A stretch of 58,472 nucleotides of DNA from Octopus bimaculoides (taxonomy: Eukaryota). The stretch lies in contig NC_068985.1 of NCBI RefSeq assembly GCF_001194135.2, positions 102,137,499-102,195,970 of the forward strand, read 5' to 3'. Shown here in pieces: positions 26,033 through 38,470 of the stretch. The first letter of the stretch is position 1. Each line of letters starts with the position of its first letter. Made by a program: the position numbers and the translations under genes. Below the pieces are notes generated by a model. It ran no database searches and had not been told where the DNA came from. It saw nothing but the letters and a program-made list of their open reading frames with translations.

Positions 26033-26470
26033 TATAGAATGCTCAGCGGCATTTTGTCTATCTTCGTGTTCTCAGTTCAAATTGCACCAGGGTCGATTTT
26101 TCCTCTCTCATGTTTTCGTGCTCGATAAGATAAGTACCAGGCAAGTACTGGGGTCGATAGAATAGACTTATCCCTAGGACGGCGATCTGGCAGAAACGTT
26201 AGCTCGCCGAGCGAAATGCTTAGCGGTATTTCGCCTGCCGTTACGTTCTGAGTTCAAATTCCACCGAGGTCGACTTTGCCTTTCATCCTTTCGGGGTCGA
26301 TAAATTAAGTACCAGTTAAGCACTGGTGTCGATGTAATCGACTTAATCCCTTTGTCTGTCCTTGTTTGTCCTCTCTATGTTTAGCCCCTAGTGGGCAATA
26401 AAGAAATAAGAATAGACTTATCCCTTCCCTGAAATTACTGTCCTTGTACCGAAATGTGAAATCAATGTTA
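26033..26470 (+). mobile_element. Older family-A SINE split by a younger insertion
   Basis: The body at 26033-26175 resumes after 26425 with tcccttccctgaaattactgtccttgtacc. Confidence 0.8.
26176..26408 (+). mobile_element. Young family-A SINE with a perfect 17-bp TSD and an alternative 3' tail
   Basis: AGAATAGACTTATCCCT at 26159-26175 and 26409-26425 flanks a near-consensus copy. Confidence 0.95.
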
Positions 26471-28823
26471 AAGTACATGTAGACTATATATGTTTAAGAC
26501 GCTTGCTATGCATCCACAAAATAATCCGTTCGGCCCTTTTGAGGAATACCTAAAAATGTCCTTTATAATACCTCCGGGTTATCCAAGCCATGTGAGGGAA
26601 TTCGGATACGTGGAAAGTGTGCTAAAGACCTTCAGACGCATTGTGCCTTTGTATACGTATTTGTCTTTTCTCACCGTATGTCCTGCGTATTTTACGTATG
26701 AATTGCATTAAAAGAACACATGGACAGGAATATTGAGGAAAATGCTAATCCAATGAATTGATAATTTATTCATTCGATCAGCTGAATACTTATCCTGAGT
26801 CCTTCGTGGATCCATATTTCACGATGTTTTTATCTATCCTTCTCTGTTTCTCTTCGCTCTCTTTCTCTATTTCTCTCTTTCTCTCTCTCTCTCTCTCTAA
26901 CTATCTATCTGTCTACATATTTGTGTGTATGCGTGTGTGCACATTTGTGGTCAGTTCCATATGCCGATTCTCATACGATATAGTTTCTATAGCATTGGCA
27001 TGAGGTCACACATTCCAAGGAGAGCCGTCACGACTAAAATAAGTCCTACTTCTAGACCTGATTTTATCAATTCAACTGCAGAACTACAAAAGATATAGCT
27101 TAAGTCGTTAACGAAACTATTTAACTTCAATGAAAAAAAAAATGGAGCCTTTAAAGAAGTATTCATTAAAAGAATACGAAATATCCTTCTGTGGTATACC
27201 TAAATATCAGTATATGAATTCAACTCCATATATTCATAGTCATTGCTTCACTTCATATTACCATCCTTTTTCTATTAAATCTTGATGCACTAGTAATTAT
27301 TCACAAACCTATTCAATATGTCAAAGACGACTGTTTAGCTTCCTTCAATGTATGAAAGAGTCCAGATGGAAATTAAAGGACAAAAGGATATGTTCGATAT
27401 CTTATATGATTAGTATTCCTTCAATACAGATCCGAATAGTTCACATTCAGTATGAGTTCATAGTCCCGTATAATTATGGACGCATTTCATACCAACATTC
27501 ATTGTAACATATGAATAGCTATTGATCAGAGCCTTTAAAATCAATACAACACGCTGCTTCTATTCGCAATCTCTATGCGAACGCCCATGTTTGTCAGGAT
27601 AGTAGAATGGGCAAATATTGAAAACCAAAGGTTTGGGGTGGTTGTAATGTGTGCTTATAACCCAGGGTGGTTAGATAAACGACATAAACTTTAGCAGAGA
27701 ATGTTATACTTCTTGAGGGTTTCAGGTACACACACACAATTATAAATATATATATACATATATATACATATTTATATATATATATATATTTATTTATTTA
27801 TTTAAACATTATAATATCATAATATAGTAACTTGTTAATATTTCTTCCGGTTCTCTGTAATTCCATTTCTCATCCTCTCGAGTGTAACTTCGTTCCACAG
27901 TCTTCCGGTTTTCATTAATTCGATACATCCAGTGAACTCCAGGGTCATTTCTTGTTGTTGTTGTTCTTCTTCTTTTTCTTCTTCAACTTCCCTCTCCTCC
28001 TTCTCCTGTTTCTTCTTTTCCGTTTCTTCTCCTCAGCTACACCATGTTACGCTTTATAATCTTGTTAGATATTTCTAGAATTTCTTTAGCCACACTAAGA
28101 TAAAGCTTACTTGCAACAAATTGTTCGGTACCGAGGCTAAGATGCAATCCATTTTAGAGTTAAGATTTTACATGCGCAGACCTATATAATTTATGGAAAG
28201 CTTCAAACATGCATCCCCATTAATAAAGTGGGAAAATACCATCTAACACTCAATTTGTCGACGTACAATTTCTCCTCATAAGAATATTGTAGGCATCAAA
28301 ACACGTTTCATACGCGCACGTACAGTCATCTATTTATTGCGTGTGCATCTACATACCCCACACATCTATATATATAGAGAGAAAGATAGATAGATATATA
28401 GATAGATAAATATGTTTGTATGTATGTATGTATGCATATATATATATATATTTGTATTTGTGAACGAATGTATGTACGCTAATTACGAATAACATTTTAT
28501 AAATTTTGTAACCTTCAATCGCCATTTCCAGCTTCAGTTATTCACATTATTTCATCGTATGATGTTTTATTTCATTTTGCAAATTTCCAGTTTATTTTAT
28601 GACGTTTTTTATATCTCATATGCCTCCCTGTGCACGCTAAGGTAATTTACTCGCTGTGATACAGATCATTTCAATAAGTTTTTTTAATTTCTTCCTTATC
28701 CTGTCTTTGTTTCGAATAAAATATAACCATCTAAAGATATAACCGTCTCTTCAACAGCAGCACAAACGTAAGCGTTTAGCTGTGAGCAGTAACAGCTTTC
28801 AAAGAGGCTTCGATATGTGTTTG

Positions 28824-28862
<39 letters not shown>

Positions 28863-28929
28863 AAGAGAGACAGAAACAGACAGATATCAAATATGTATAT
28901 ATATATATATGGTGGTTGTTAGCTCCTTG

Positions 28930-30510
28930 TGCAGAGTCTCACCACCTCTTGTATCTACACCTTAGAACCATCATGGCATCTGATGTGGCTTTTTAAACCG
29001 GACGATTTTGATTAGATTGGAGCGTTGTTCGGTTCTTTCCATTGGCAAGTTTTTCAAGCTTCAACGTATCTGCGAATATCCTTATTTTTGTGTCCTTGAA
29101 GACGTTTTATAAATGCTCAGAAGTGGACAGAAAAGAATCCCCAGAGAAAAAAAATAAGAGAACTATTGACTTTTGCTTGACTTGTATTCATTCCATCAAC
29201 AACAACATTTTGGGCTACGTTCATGTGGAAATATTTGATCAGGTGTAGCAGTTTTAGATGGATACTAATGTTAGAAAGATGTATCCATAGGATGTTGTAA
29301 TCGACTCTCTCACAGGCATTGCTGAAGTCAAAATATATAGCATCAGTATTTGAAGAAGGCCCTCTTTAAAAGAATTTAAGAATATCGTCGTCATTGTGAT
29401 CTAAAAGCTGTATTAGATTGTTTTTGTCGCCATGAAAATCATACTGGTTGTAATTTAAGCGACTGTTACTTACCAGGAAGCCAGTTATACTTGATCTTAC
29501 CACGTTTTCCAAATATTTTGATATTAGTGGTGAGCGAGTAAGTCTGGACGAGAGTTAGCTGAAAGCAACATGTTTGCATAGACTGAGATTCCAAACCCGA
29601 GATTTTCTCCATATTCACATATATTCTCCAGAGTTTGGTACGAATTCTTGCAAGTTATTAGCCAGAAATCTCTCGGGTCCTACTGCAGGATAGCGTTTGA
29701 TTTCGTTTGTTTCAGTAGTGATGTCTGAGGTAGTTTCAGTTATGTTGGAGATAACATGTTGGGAGTGAAATAGTCTGAGTCAACTTCACTGGGATTTCTG
29801 AAGATGACATTTAATATATTTTTTCCATTTATTGAGAATTTATTTTCCATTTAGTGAATTGGATATTGCCGTTTGAAGCCTATTAGTTAATCTACATATG
29901 AAACAGTGATCCTTTTTGTTGGGAAACGAATAGAATATTTTTGGAAGATGTTTGTTTGGTTGTTTTCAATAATCCATTCTTCTTCTGCAGCCCTGTGTTA
30001 GTCGATGTGTTTTCGTATTGTTCTGGTGATATTTTTTGAAACCAAGGCGGTGAGCTGACAGAAACGTTAAAACGCCGGGCGAAATGCTTAGCCGTATTTT
30101 GTCCATCTTTACGTTCTGAGTTCAAATTTCGCCGAGGTCGACTTTGCTTTTCATCCTTTCAGGGTCGATAAATTAAGTATCAGTTGCGTACAGGGGTTAA
30201 TGTAATCGACTGGCCCCCTGCCCAAAAGTTTCGGGCCTTGTGCCTAGAGTAGAAAAGAATATTTCTTGAAACCAAATATCCTTATTCTTAGTAATTGAAG
30301 ATTACGGTGGTGGTAGTATTTTTTATTGGTTGATTATTTAATTAATCCTTTTTATTCTTGATATATGTATTTTTTTATCTCTTGGGCACCTACTTCTGTT
30401 AGATCTTGTGGGTTTTGTAGGGGTGTATTCTTGAAAAGCAGTAGGTGATACCGTTCTTAAACCTCTGCCCATTTGTTTTAATGTCGGAGGAATTGTATCT
30501 TAACCACCTG
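28930..30510 (-). mobile_element. Decayed CR1/L2-type LINE ORF2 (reverse transcriptase) fragment
   Basis: Minus translation gives NSRP..SLTTNIKI, KYLENVVRSSITGFLVSNSRLNYNQYDF...IQLLDH, DAIYFDFSNACERVDYNIL (29344 downward; compare DVIYLDFSKAFDKVDH), QNVVVDG.....VNS and IRIFADTLKL (~29059-29079; FADD-like). Multiple stops and frameshifts; the ends are approximate. Confidence 0.88.
30045..30258 (+). mobile_element. Family-A SINE inserted into the LINE, with a 16-bp TSD (1 mismatch)
   Basis: atattttttgaaacca (30029-30044) and atatttcttgaaacca (30259-30274) flank a near-consensus copy. Confidence 0.93.
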
Positions 30511-30547
30511 CCTACGTATATGTATATGTGTGTGTATGAGCATCTGA

Positions 30548-30621
<74 letters not shown>

Positions 30622-32446
30622 CATATATATACATATTAGTGTGTGTGAGTGTGTGTTTGTATGCGTCTGTGAGTTGCAATTCGCTGATATATATGTATAT
30701 ATATACACACACGCTCGGGCTCACACAGACACACACGCATGCACAAATAAATACACACACACATTTATATATTGTATATCAATATAATAATGCAACTCAT
30801 GTAATGCAGTATTATATATTTTCACGTTGTACACGTATCTTTGTATTTACTTTTCTTGTTTGGTGCAATATGAAACTTTGTCGATTAGATTTACTCTGAA
30901 AGGTTTTCCAACTGTCACCTTCTCCTTTTTCACACATCGTAAATCTAGGATTAAAATATGGAACGTGTCTTGCCTACTTAAGCAAAGATTTTATTTATGG
31001 AAGGTTCGACTACTATTTCTAACAATTTGAGTGCCTACTTAGAAGTGTTCTGCAGTAGCTCAGTTTTTTTATTGATAGTACAGTCAGACGCAAGCGAAAT
31101 ATTATATATTGCTGTAACTTAAACTCTTAGCGAAAGTATGCATAGTAGTAGATTTGTAGTTGATGAGATAATAAAGTCTCGGCTAAGAAGATAACTGGCA
31201 GGTGTCATACTCTATGACCTTGGTTCTTAATCTAACTTATCAATTTAGTTATATGTCATCTTTGACATAAACTCTTCGTTGATCGGTTTTCGACACGAGC
31301 TAAACCAATCTGTTTACCTGGAAGACATTTATCCTTTCATATAAATGAAATAATCGTTTGTTTTTCACTATCCTAGATTATGTTTTGTTGTAGCTATATT
31401 GGCTGGCTAACTATTGGATACCGATATTTTATGATAGAAATCTTCTCGAAGCGTATTTCGCTCACGTGAGTTTCCTACTATATAAAAATATCTGATATAT
31501 ATTTCGTAAAATTCATAAAAGTGACATGAAAAATTATCTTCAAACATACATTTAATTTACAGATATAAAATTGGAATTATGTTAAACTTATTTCATATGT
31601 TGCGCATGGAATCCAAATTTATTCACATATAGTTTTAGTTACTTGTTCAAGGATACCTTTCAATACAAAGACGTGGTTGTTGCAAGCTAAAAGCAAGAAT
31701 CACAATGTTGAGAGATTATAAATATGTTTATCGATAAAATTTTTGAAAACTCAACATGGTGTATTTCCCGGTGGGTATATATATTTTGCCGGGAGGTAAT
31801 ACATTTTGCATATACAAATATTTAGCCATTGTTACATCTTCAATATTTGTTATTCTGTCAAAATAATTCTGTCTATGCATAAAAACTGAAAGGAGATATG
31901 GACCACCTCATTAATTGCAAATGTCAGAAGTATAGCCGTCTTATTTTCTAGTTAATGTAATACGAAACAATGAAATATCGTAACACTGTGTTATTATGGC
32001 GACGTTTACTCACTAGTCCGATAGGGAGGATATATGCCCATATCTTCGTAAACCCTCTCACACAAAGGCTATCGACCGTATGAACAATCATTTACTCTTT
32101 GTTATGATAAATATGCATGCTTGGCAGGAGAGATCCCCAGTCATAGTTAGGACGATCTCAAAGTGTTTAACTGCGTGATGTTCTTGTTTTTCGAGACAGA
32201 GACGTCTTTCTTGGTACGCATAGAGATATTCCTTTGGAGTCGTTGAAGAAGACTTGTTTGATATATTTCTATGCGATAATACGATAATGAAGTGAAATAA
32301 CTTGTTATGGTTATGTCTACATATACTCTTCAGAAATTATAGCCAGCTAACGCATCGGAACGCGGTATTGACTGATAAAATCATTTAAGATACTTTATAG
32401 TATATTATAGTATATTATATAATATACAGTATATTCGATATTATGT

Positions 32447-32650
32447 TATTAGGGTTGCATAACGAGTATATATGCATATTACGGTTGCATAGGATATTAT
32501 GGTTGCATAACGAAATACCGGGTACCTACAAGTCATTAGGGGTGAAATAAGGTTAGCCATAAAGAGCCTAAATTAGACATGCATGACAAAAGAGTAAGGA
32601 AGTTTAGGGAGTAATAATAACATCTCCTACGTAAGAGTAGGGATGCTGTC
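32447..32650. repeat. Three copies of TATTANGGTTGCATA followed by a GC-richer segment; possible non-autonomous DNA-transposon end
   Basis: Copies start at ~32447, 32477 and 32495, followed by cgaaataccgggtac...ggggtgaaataagg. The family is not established. Confidence 0.4.
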
Positions 32651-33149
32651 GTAATTAACGTTAATTATATATTCATATATATATATAGAGAGAGAGAGAG
32701 ACAGAGAGACAGAGAGAGAAACAGAGAGAGAGAGAGAGAGACAGAGACAGAGAAAATGAAACACACTAGCGATAAATGTACTCCATAAGGATACGTTTGA
32801 CAGTGCGATCTAATTTTACGTTACTAAAACAAGCAATGCGAGTTGAATAGGCGGGAATTTTGCTATCAGTTATTCACAGACGAAGACTATACTGGAAGGA
32901 TTCAATTTCTCTACATAAGAATTTGGTGATTCAACGAATAAAAGGTTCGTGATAATGTGTTGAAATGTTAATTAAGTATTAGAAATAATGATTTATAATT
33001 TCATAATGAGAAAATCCAGTGGCGAAATTGATACAGAGTAAAAAGAAGAGCATCTTTGCATTAATTATCAATAATTACTTTATACTAATCCTGTGGTTAT
33101 TTATTTTTTCTGTCGATATTGACTGCTTGCCATTGCTGGCAACGATATA

Positions 33150-33285
33150 GATCGATATGCATCCATACGCATTTACTGTCATCAAAGTATTGGTCACTCA
33201 GAGGCTATGGTGGAAGAAATATACCCAAAATATGATTAAGACGTATCGAACCGTGGAATCACATGCTTTAAGTTATGCTCGCGCA
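33150..33285 (-). mobile_element. Degenerate family-B SINE head
   Basis: aaagtattggtcactcagaggctatggtggaagaaatatacccaa...atcgaaccgtggaatcacatg is the reverse of the family-B 5' part. Confidence 0.55.
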
Positions 33286-33443
33286 TACTTATAAACGTGT
33301 ATTTATACACACACACACACACGCATGTACATGTCTGCGTGATCATATATAACGCAGCAACAGTAGCAGATGTATATAAATACACACATACACATTCCTA
33401 TATACAACACGCTGTGATACTGACATCTTTCCTATATGTGTGC

Positions 33444-33492
<49 letters not shown>

Positions 33493-33927
33493 TGTTGTGC
33501 GTGTGTTTGGGTGCTGCGATAACTAGATAGGCAAACAAGCGTATATATCTTTATTAGTTGAAACGCGTTTGGATATGAATCTGTTCTTCTATATGTACAT
33601 CCGTAACACATATATGATACTCATTGGTTATTTTAGGAGCAAATATATGGAATTATCTATTTCTATACTTCAAAGTGGTTTGTTGAAGGAAGACCCCCCA
33701 AATCTTTATTTTATCTCATAAGATACGACGCCGTCCTACAATCGATTGAAAAACAACATAAAAATTATTGCGTAGTCTACAATCCTGTGCTATTCTCGTC
33801 ATAAGTTTTATAGTCGCCATAATTATTGGAGGAATATATGAAAAATATAAATAATGGGATTTGGGATCCACTGTAATTTCTGAGTGATAATGATGCCAAT
33901 TATATAATGATAGAAATGGTATTTACA

Positions 33928-33972
<45 letters not shown>

Positions 33973-35309
33973 GAAATACATACGTATATAATTACATTTG
34001 TATGTATATCTATACATATATGCATACATACATATGTACGTACATTCGTATATATGTATGTATACAGCTGCGTTGATACATTTAGAAACCTTAGATTAAT
34101 TTCTCGCCCAAATTAGAATATTTCTTCTGCCCATATTTCAAACCTAATCTCGAAAGAAAATTTTCATTAACTAAACAATATCCTGTATTGCGGCATTTCT
34201 TCACATCCATTCTTCTGGAAGTAAGTCTTTCAGATAATTCTTAGATGAAAGCAAATATTATATATTCACTCCAATGAAATAGCTATATCTCTTGATTAAC
34301 CAAGTTTCAACATCATAAAACGAGTGGACAAGTTATTAGTTGCACATTTTCACTGGGAAGCTTAATTATCTATTCTATCAAGATATTAGATGAATATATA
34401 TTATTTCAGTGAAATTGTATTTGAATGTAGATCATATTCCAAAATGGCAATTCCCAGTATTTTATTTTACTTAAAACTCTGTAAAGTCGATAGTCTAAAA
34501 CAGGATATTTAGTTATTCTCTCATTCATATATTATTCCTTTTACCAGCTCAATTCTCCAAATGAATTACGAATATGTCTATGTGTTTGTGCATGTGTTGG
34601 TATTTGTGTGTGCGCGTGTAATTGTGAGATAAATGGAAAGATATATCACAATAAATATATAGGAGTACAAAGTGATCTGATGACCCGATGATATTCTGTA
34701 TCACTGACATCTGAGTAAAAGTCTCTTCTTTACCTTCTTGTTACAAAGTAATTCAACCGTTTTAAATGGGATTTCGTTTTGCATTTCACGAAATTTACAC
34801 AATAGTAATATCTGGACGTCATTTTCATTTGCATTGCATACTTTTCTTGTCGGTGAAAAGATTATGCTTGAGAGATCCTAAGTTTCGGAACAATACAAAA
34901 AAAAGATCATGCTAATATCTAACCATAATCACATGGCGTCTCATTTGTAGTGAAGGCGTATAACCAACTTAATACCGTATAATGCAGAGCTATTTTGCAA
35001 CTCTGAAGTGATGGAAAAAGCAATACAACCTTAGTGGATTCAAATTCAGAACATTAAGATACAAACAAAGGATTTTGTCAAAGACACCTCCGTTTTTACC
35101 ACTCACCACCAAAAGCAATTTAGACATTATAAACTACTAATAACACCAAAACTTTAAAGAGGAATTCGTCAGGTATTATTTATGATGCAGAGTTAAACAG
35201 CGAACTTTAAAACTACTCGTTTCTACGGAGCAATTTTGTTTTCATATAATTTTTTGTTTCAGTAGCATGTATGTATGTATGTATGTATGTATGTATGTAT
35301 GTATGTATA

Positions 35310-35630
35310 GAGATTTGCTTTTCGTAATGAGATAAAAAAAAAACAAGGCTGTGTATAATATCGAACATTTATAAATAGAAGGTCTTACAGCTGTTTCCAG
35401 AATAATTATTATATCCCTTCATCGGAGACGGTGTGAGAGGATGGTTAAGCGATAGTTAGTTTAGATAAAGATAGGAAATAGAGAGTGAGTGTAGGGATAA
35501 TGTATTTGTAAATCCATTGTTTAGGCAGAATGGTATACATATAAGATTCCAATACCTTGTAAGTAAAATTCAATAGTCCTTAAGATTGATCATTGCCTTT
35601 GTAAATCCATTATTAAGATTCCAATACCCT
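35310..35630 (-). mobile_element. Penelope-like terminal fragment followed by (TACA)n
   Basis: Minus strand reads gtctccgatgaaggg...gaaacagctgtaagacc, then a T-rich tail running into a (TACA)n microsatellite. This is the layout of PLE terminal repeats. Confidence 0.55.
35382..35429 (-). ncRNA. Mutated minimal hammerhead-ribozyme-like motif
   Basis: GTCT-CCGATGA-A-(imperfect stem II)-GAAA-CAGCTG-TA-AGAC. Stem I is GTCT/AGAC, stem III is the palindrome ACAGCTGT and the cleavage triplet is GUA. The core has U4 changed to C and stem II pairs poorly. Confidence 0.5.
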
Positions 35631-35861
35631 GCGCGCGTGTGTGTTTGTGTGTGTGTGTGTCTTATATGTAACTCAAGCCACGTTCTTTTTAAATAAGGGT
35701 TAAAAGATTAGAACTTTTTAATGCTATCATTCAGAAAAGTACATCAATGATATGTAATTCGTTACACCGCTTGACTGAGACCCAATATTACCCTGAAAAC
35801 AGGTTAATTACGAATAGGCTAATTGAAGCTACATGAAATATTATATTCCAAAGTTTTCCAG

Positions 35862-35953
35862 TAGATCCAGCAGTGTACGTGATTTGCTCGATGTTAATGG
35901 AATTCTTAATGATGGCCTAAAGGGTCGGCAACTTAGCTGGTTTTGGTGCTCAG
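35862..35953 (+). CDS. Candidate plus-strand exon (xRSSSVRDLLDVNGILNDGLKGRQLSWFWCSG)
   Basis: aaagttttccag|TAGATCC...TGCTCAG|gtaagc has strong splice-like sites and one fully open frame. The opposite strand has a competing GIY-YIG-like reading. Confidence 0.22.
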
Positions 35954-36093
35954 GTAAGCGGCGTGTAACCTTTTGATTTGTTTTCCCTAAATTGATAGAA
36001 ACACAAAATTTACCATGAGTTTCTTTTTCTTCTCTATCTCTGCCTCTACCTTCTCCTCTCTTCCTCTGCTTCTTTCTTCTTTTTCTCCTTCTC

Positions 36094-36141
<48 letters not shown>

Positions 36142-36714
36142 CACACAGAAACCTATATACATATATATTGACACATATAAATACATATGTTTATACATGC
36201 ATATATATATACATATACATGCATGCATACATGCATGCATACACACTTACATGCATACATAAATACATGCATGAATACATACATATATAGATACAGAAAT
36301 TTATTAAGGATGCACTCCATGACAGTAGCAATACTACTTTTCTAAAATAGTAATGCTATAAAATATTGAATATTCAAAAAATAAATACCAGAAATAAACC
36401 ACATTACCTCTGAAAAATGTTTACCCAATTGGAATCTATTCGCAAGGAATGCCGAATAATTAAAAATAGATAATAGCTTCTTCAGCGAAATGAGTGGATT
36501 TATATCCTATATATAACAGCTGTTGCTTCCTTTGAGGAATCGTTATACGCCACAACATCTTGATTATACAGCAAAAGGTAAATATGCCAGGTGGGGTTTT
36601 GTAATTAAAAATATAAGTACAGTAATGTTTCACAAATTTAATAATGAAAATATTACTTAGTAATTAATGATGATGGCAGTTGGCCTAGTGCTTGTTGAGG
36701 TGCACTCACGATAG

Positions 36715-36910
36715 CAAATTATGGTTTCGATTTCTTGACAAGCATTACGTTACATTCTTAAGCAAAATGCTGCATTTCACTTTGCTCTGATCCTCCCAGT
36801 TGCAAATGGGTGACCCTACGACAGACTAGCGCCTCAGTAAGGGGAAAATTTGATCTGCGTGACTAAACAGCCGAGCATCATCGTTAGAAAGCTAAAACAA
36901 TGCATTGTGA
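36715..36910 (+). mobile_element. Diverged family-C SINE
   Basis: ggcctagtgcttg...cactcacgatagcaaatttatggtttcgatttc...cgttacattcttaagcaaaatgctgcatttcactttgctc. Confidence 0.7.
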
Positions 36911-37344
36911 CTAACAGTATATAACATACAAATACATTATATATATATATATGTGTGTGTGTGTGTATGTGCGCATATGTGTGTGTGTGTGTGTACGTAA
37001 GTGTCGAACGATGAAAATATGAATTAAGGCTACGAAGCGATCCAAGAGTAACGTTCCTTGGTTCATTTTTTTATTCATGAGAATTCGCGCGATCATCTCC
37101 ACCAACTAAACCAGGCTATGTTCTCAAAAACGGAGGCAAAGACCTTTCTCCACGTGATCGGCTTCAAAAATAGTCAAAACAATACATTTTCCTTAACATG
37201 AAACCAATGGTAGCCTTAATTCATATAAATATATATATATATAAATTCAAAATGACTGTCGACTAGCATCACGCTTGAAACTTAAGCGTACCAACAAATC
37301 TCAATCAGATGGTTTTGATCCATCAATTGGTTGAGTACCCTTCT

Positions 37345-38312
37345 ATCGTTTGTCCACTCACTCGNNNNNNNNNNNNNNNNNNNNNNNNNNNNNNNNNNNN
37401 NNNNNNNNNNNNNNNNNNNNNNNNNNNNNNNNNNNNNNNNNNNNNNNNNNNNNNNNNNNNNNNNNNNNNNNNNNNNNNNNNNNNNNNNNNNNNNNNNNNN
37501 NNNNNNNNNNNNNNNNNNNNNNNNNNNNNNNNNNNNNNNNNNNNNNNNNNNNNNNNNNNNNNNNNNNNNNNNNNNNNNNNNNNNNNNNNNNNNNNNNNNN
37601 NNNNNNNNNNNNNNNNNNNNNNNNNNNNNNNNNNNNNNNNNNNNNNNNNNNNNNNNNNNNNNNNNNNNNNNNNNNNNNNNNNNNNNNNNNNNNNNNNNNN
37701 NNNNNNNNNNNNNNNNNNNNNNNNNNNNNNNNNNNNNNNNNNNNNNNNNNNNNNNNNNNNNNNNNNNNNNNNNNNNNNNNNNNNNNNNNNNNNNNNNNNN
37801 NNNNNNNNNNNNNNNNNNNNNNNNNNNNNNNNNNNNNNNNNNNNNNNNNNNNNNNNNNNNNNNNNNNNNNNNNNNNNNNNNNNNNNNNNNNNNNNNNNNN
37901 NNNNNNNNNNNNNNNNNNNNNNNNNNNNNNNNNNNNNNNNNNNNNNNNNNNNNNNNNNNNNNNNNNNNNNNNNNNNNNNNNNNNNNNNNNNNNNNNNNNN
38001 NNNNNNNNNNNNNNNNNNNNNNNNNNNNNNNNNNNNNNNNNNNNNNNNNNNNNNNNNNNNNNNNNNNNNNNNNNNNNNNNNNNNNNNNNNNNNNNNNNNN
38101 NNNNNNNNNNNNNNNNNNNNNNNNNNNNNNNNNNNNNNNNNNNNNNNNNNNNNNNNNNNNNNNNNNNNNNNNNNNNNNNNNNNNNNNNNNNNNNNNNNNN
38201 NNNNNNNNNNNNNNNNNNNNNNNNNNNNNNNNNNNNNNNNNNNNNNNNNNNNNNNNNNNNNNNNNNNNNNNNNNNNNNNNNNNNNNNNNNNNNNNNNNNN
38301 NNNNNNNNNNNN
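37345..38312. other. Largest assembly gap (N run)
   Basis: About 970 N. Many further gaps occur (e.g. 4339-4713, 13834-14130, 15726-16084, 46435-47122), mostly flanked by (TA)n or (GA)n. Confidence 0.98.
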
Positions 38313-38426
38313 TCCTGTACCCAGATATGCACCTATACATACAGGTGGATGTCGGTACGCACATACCTGTACGTATATATGCATATACTCATTTACTATT
38401 TGTTTTATATATATATATATATATAT

Positions 38427-38470
<44 letters not shown>

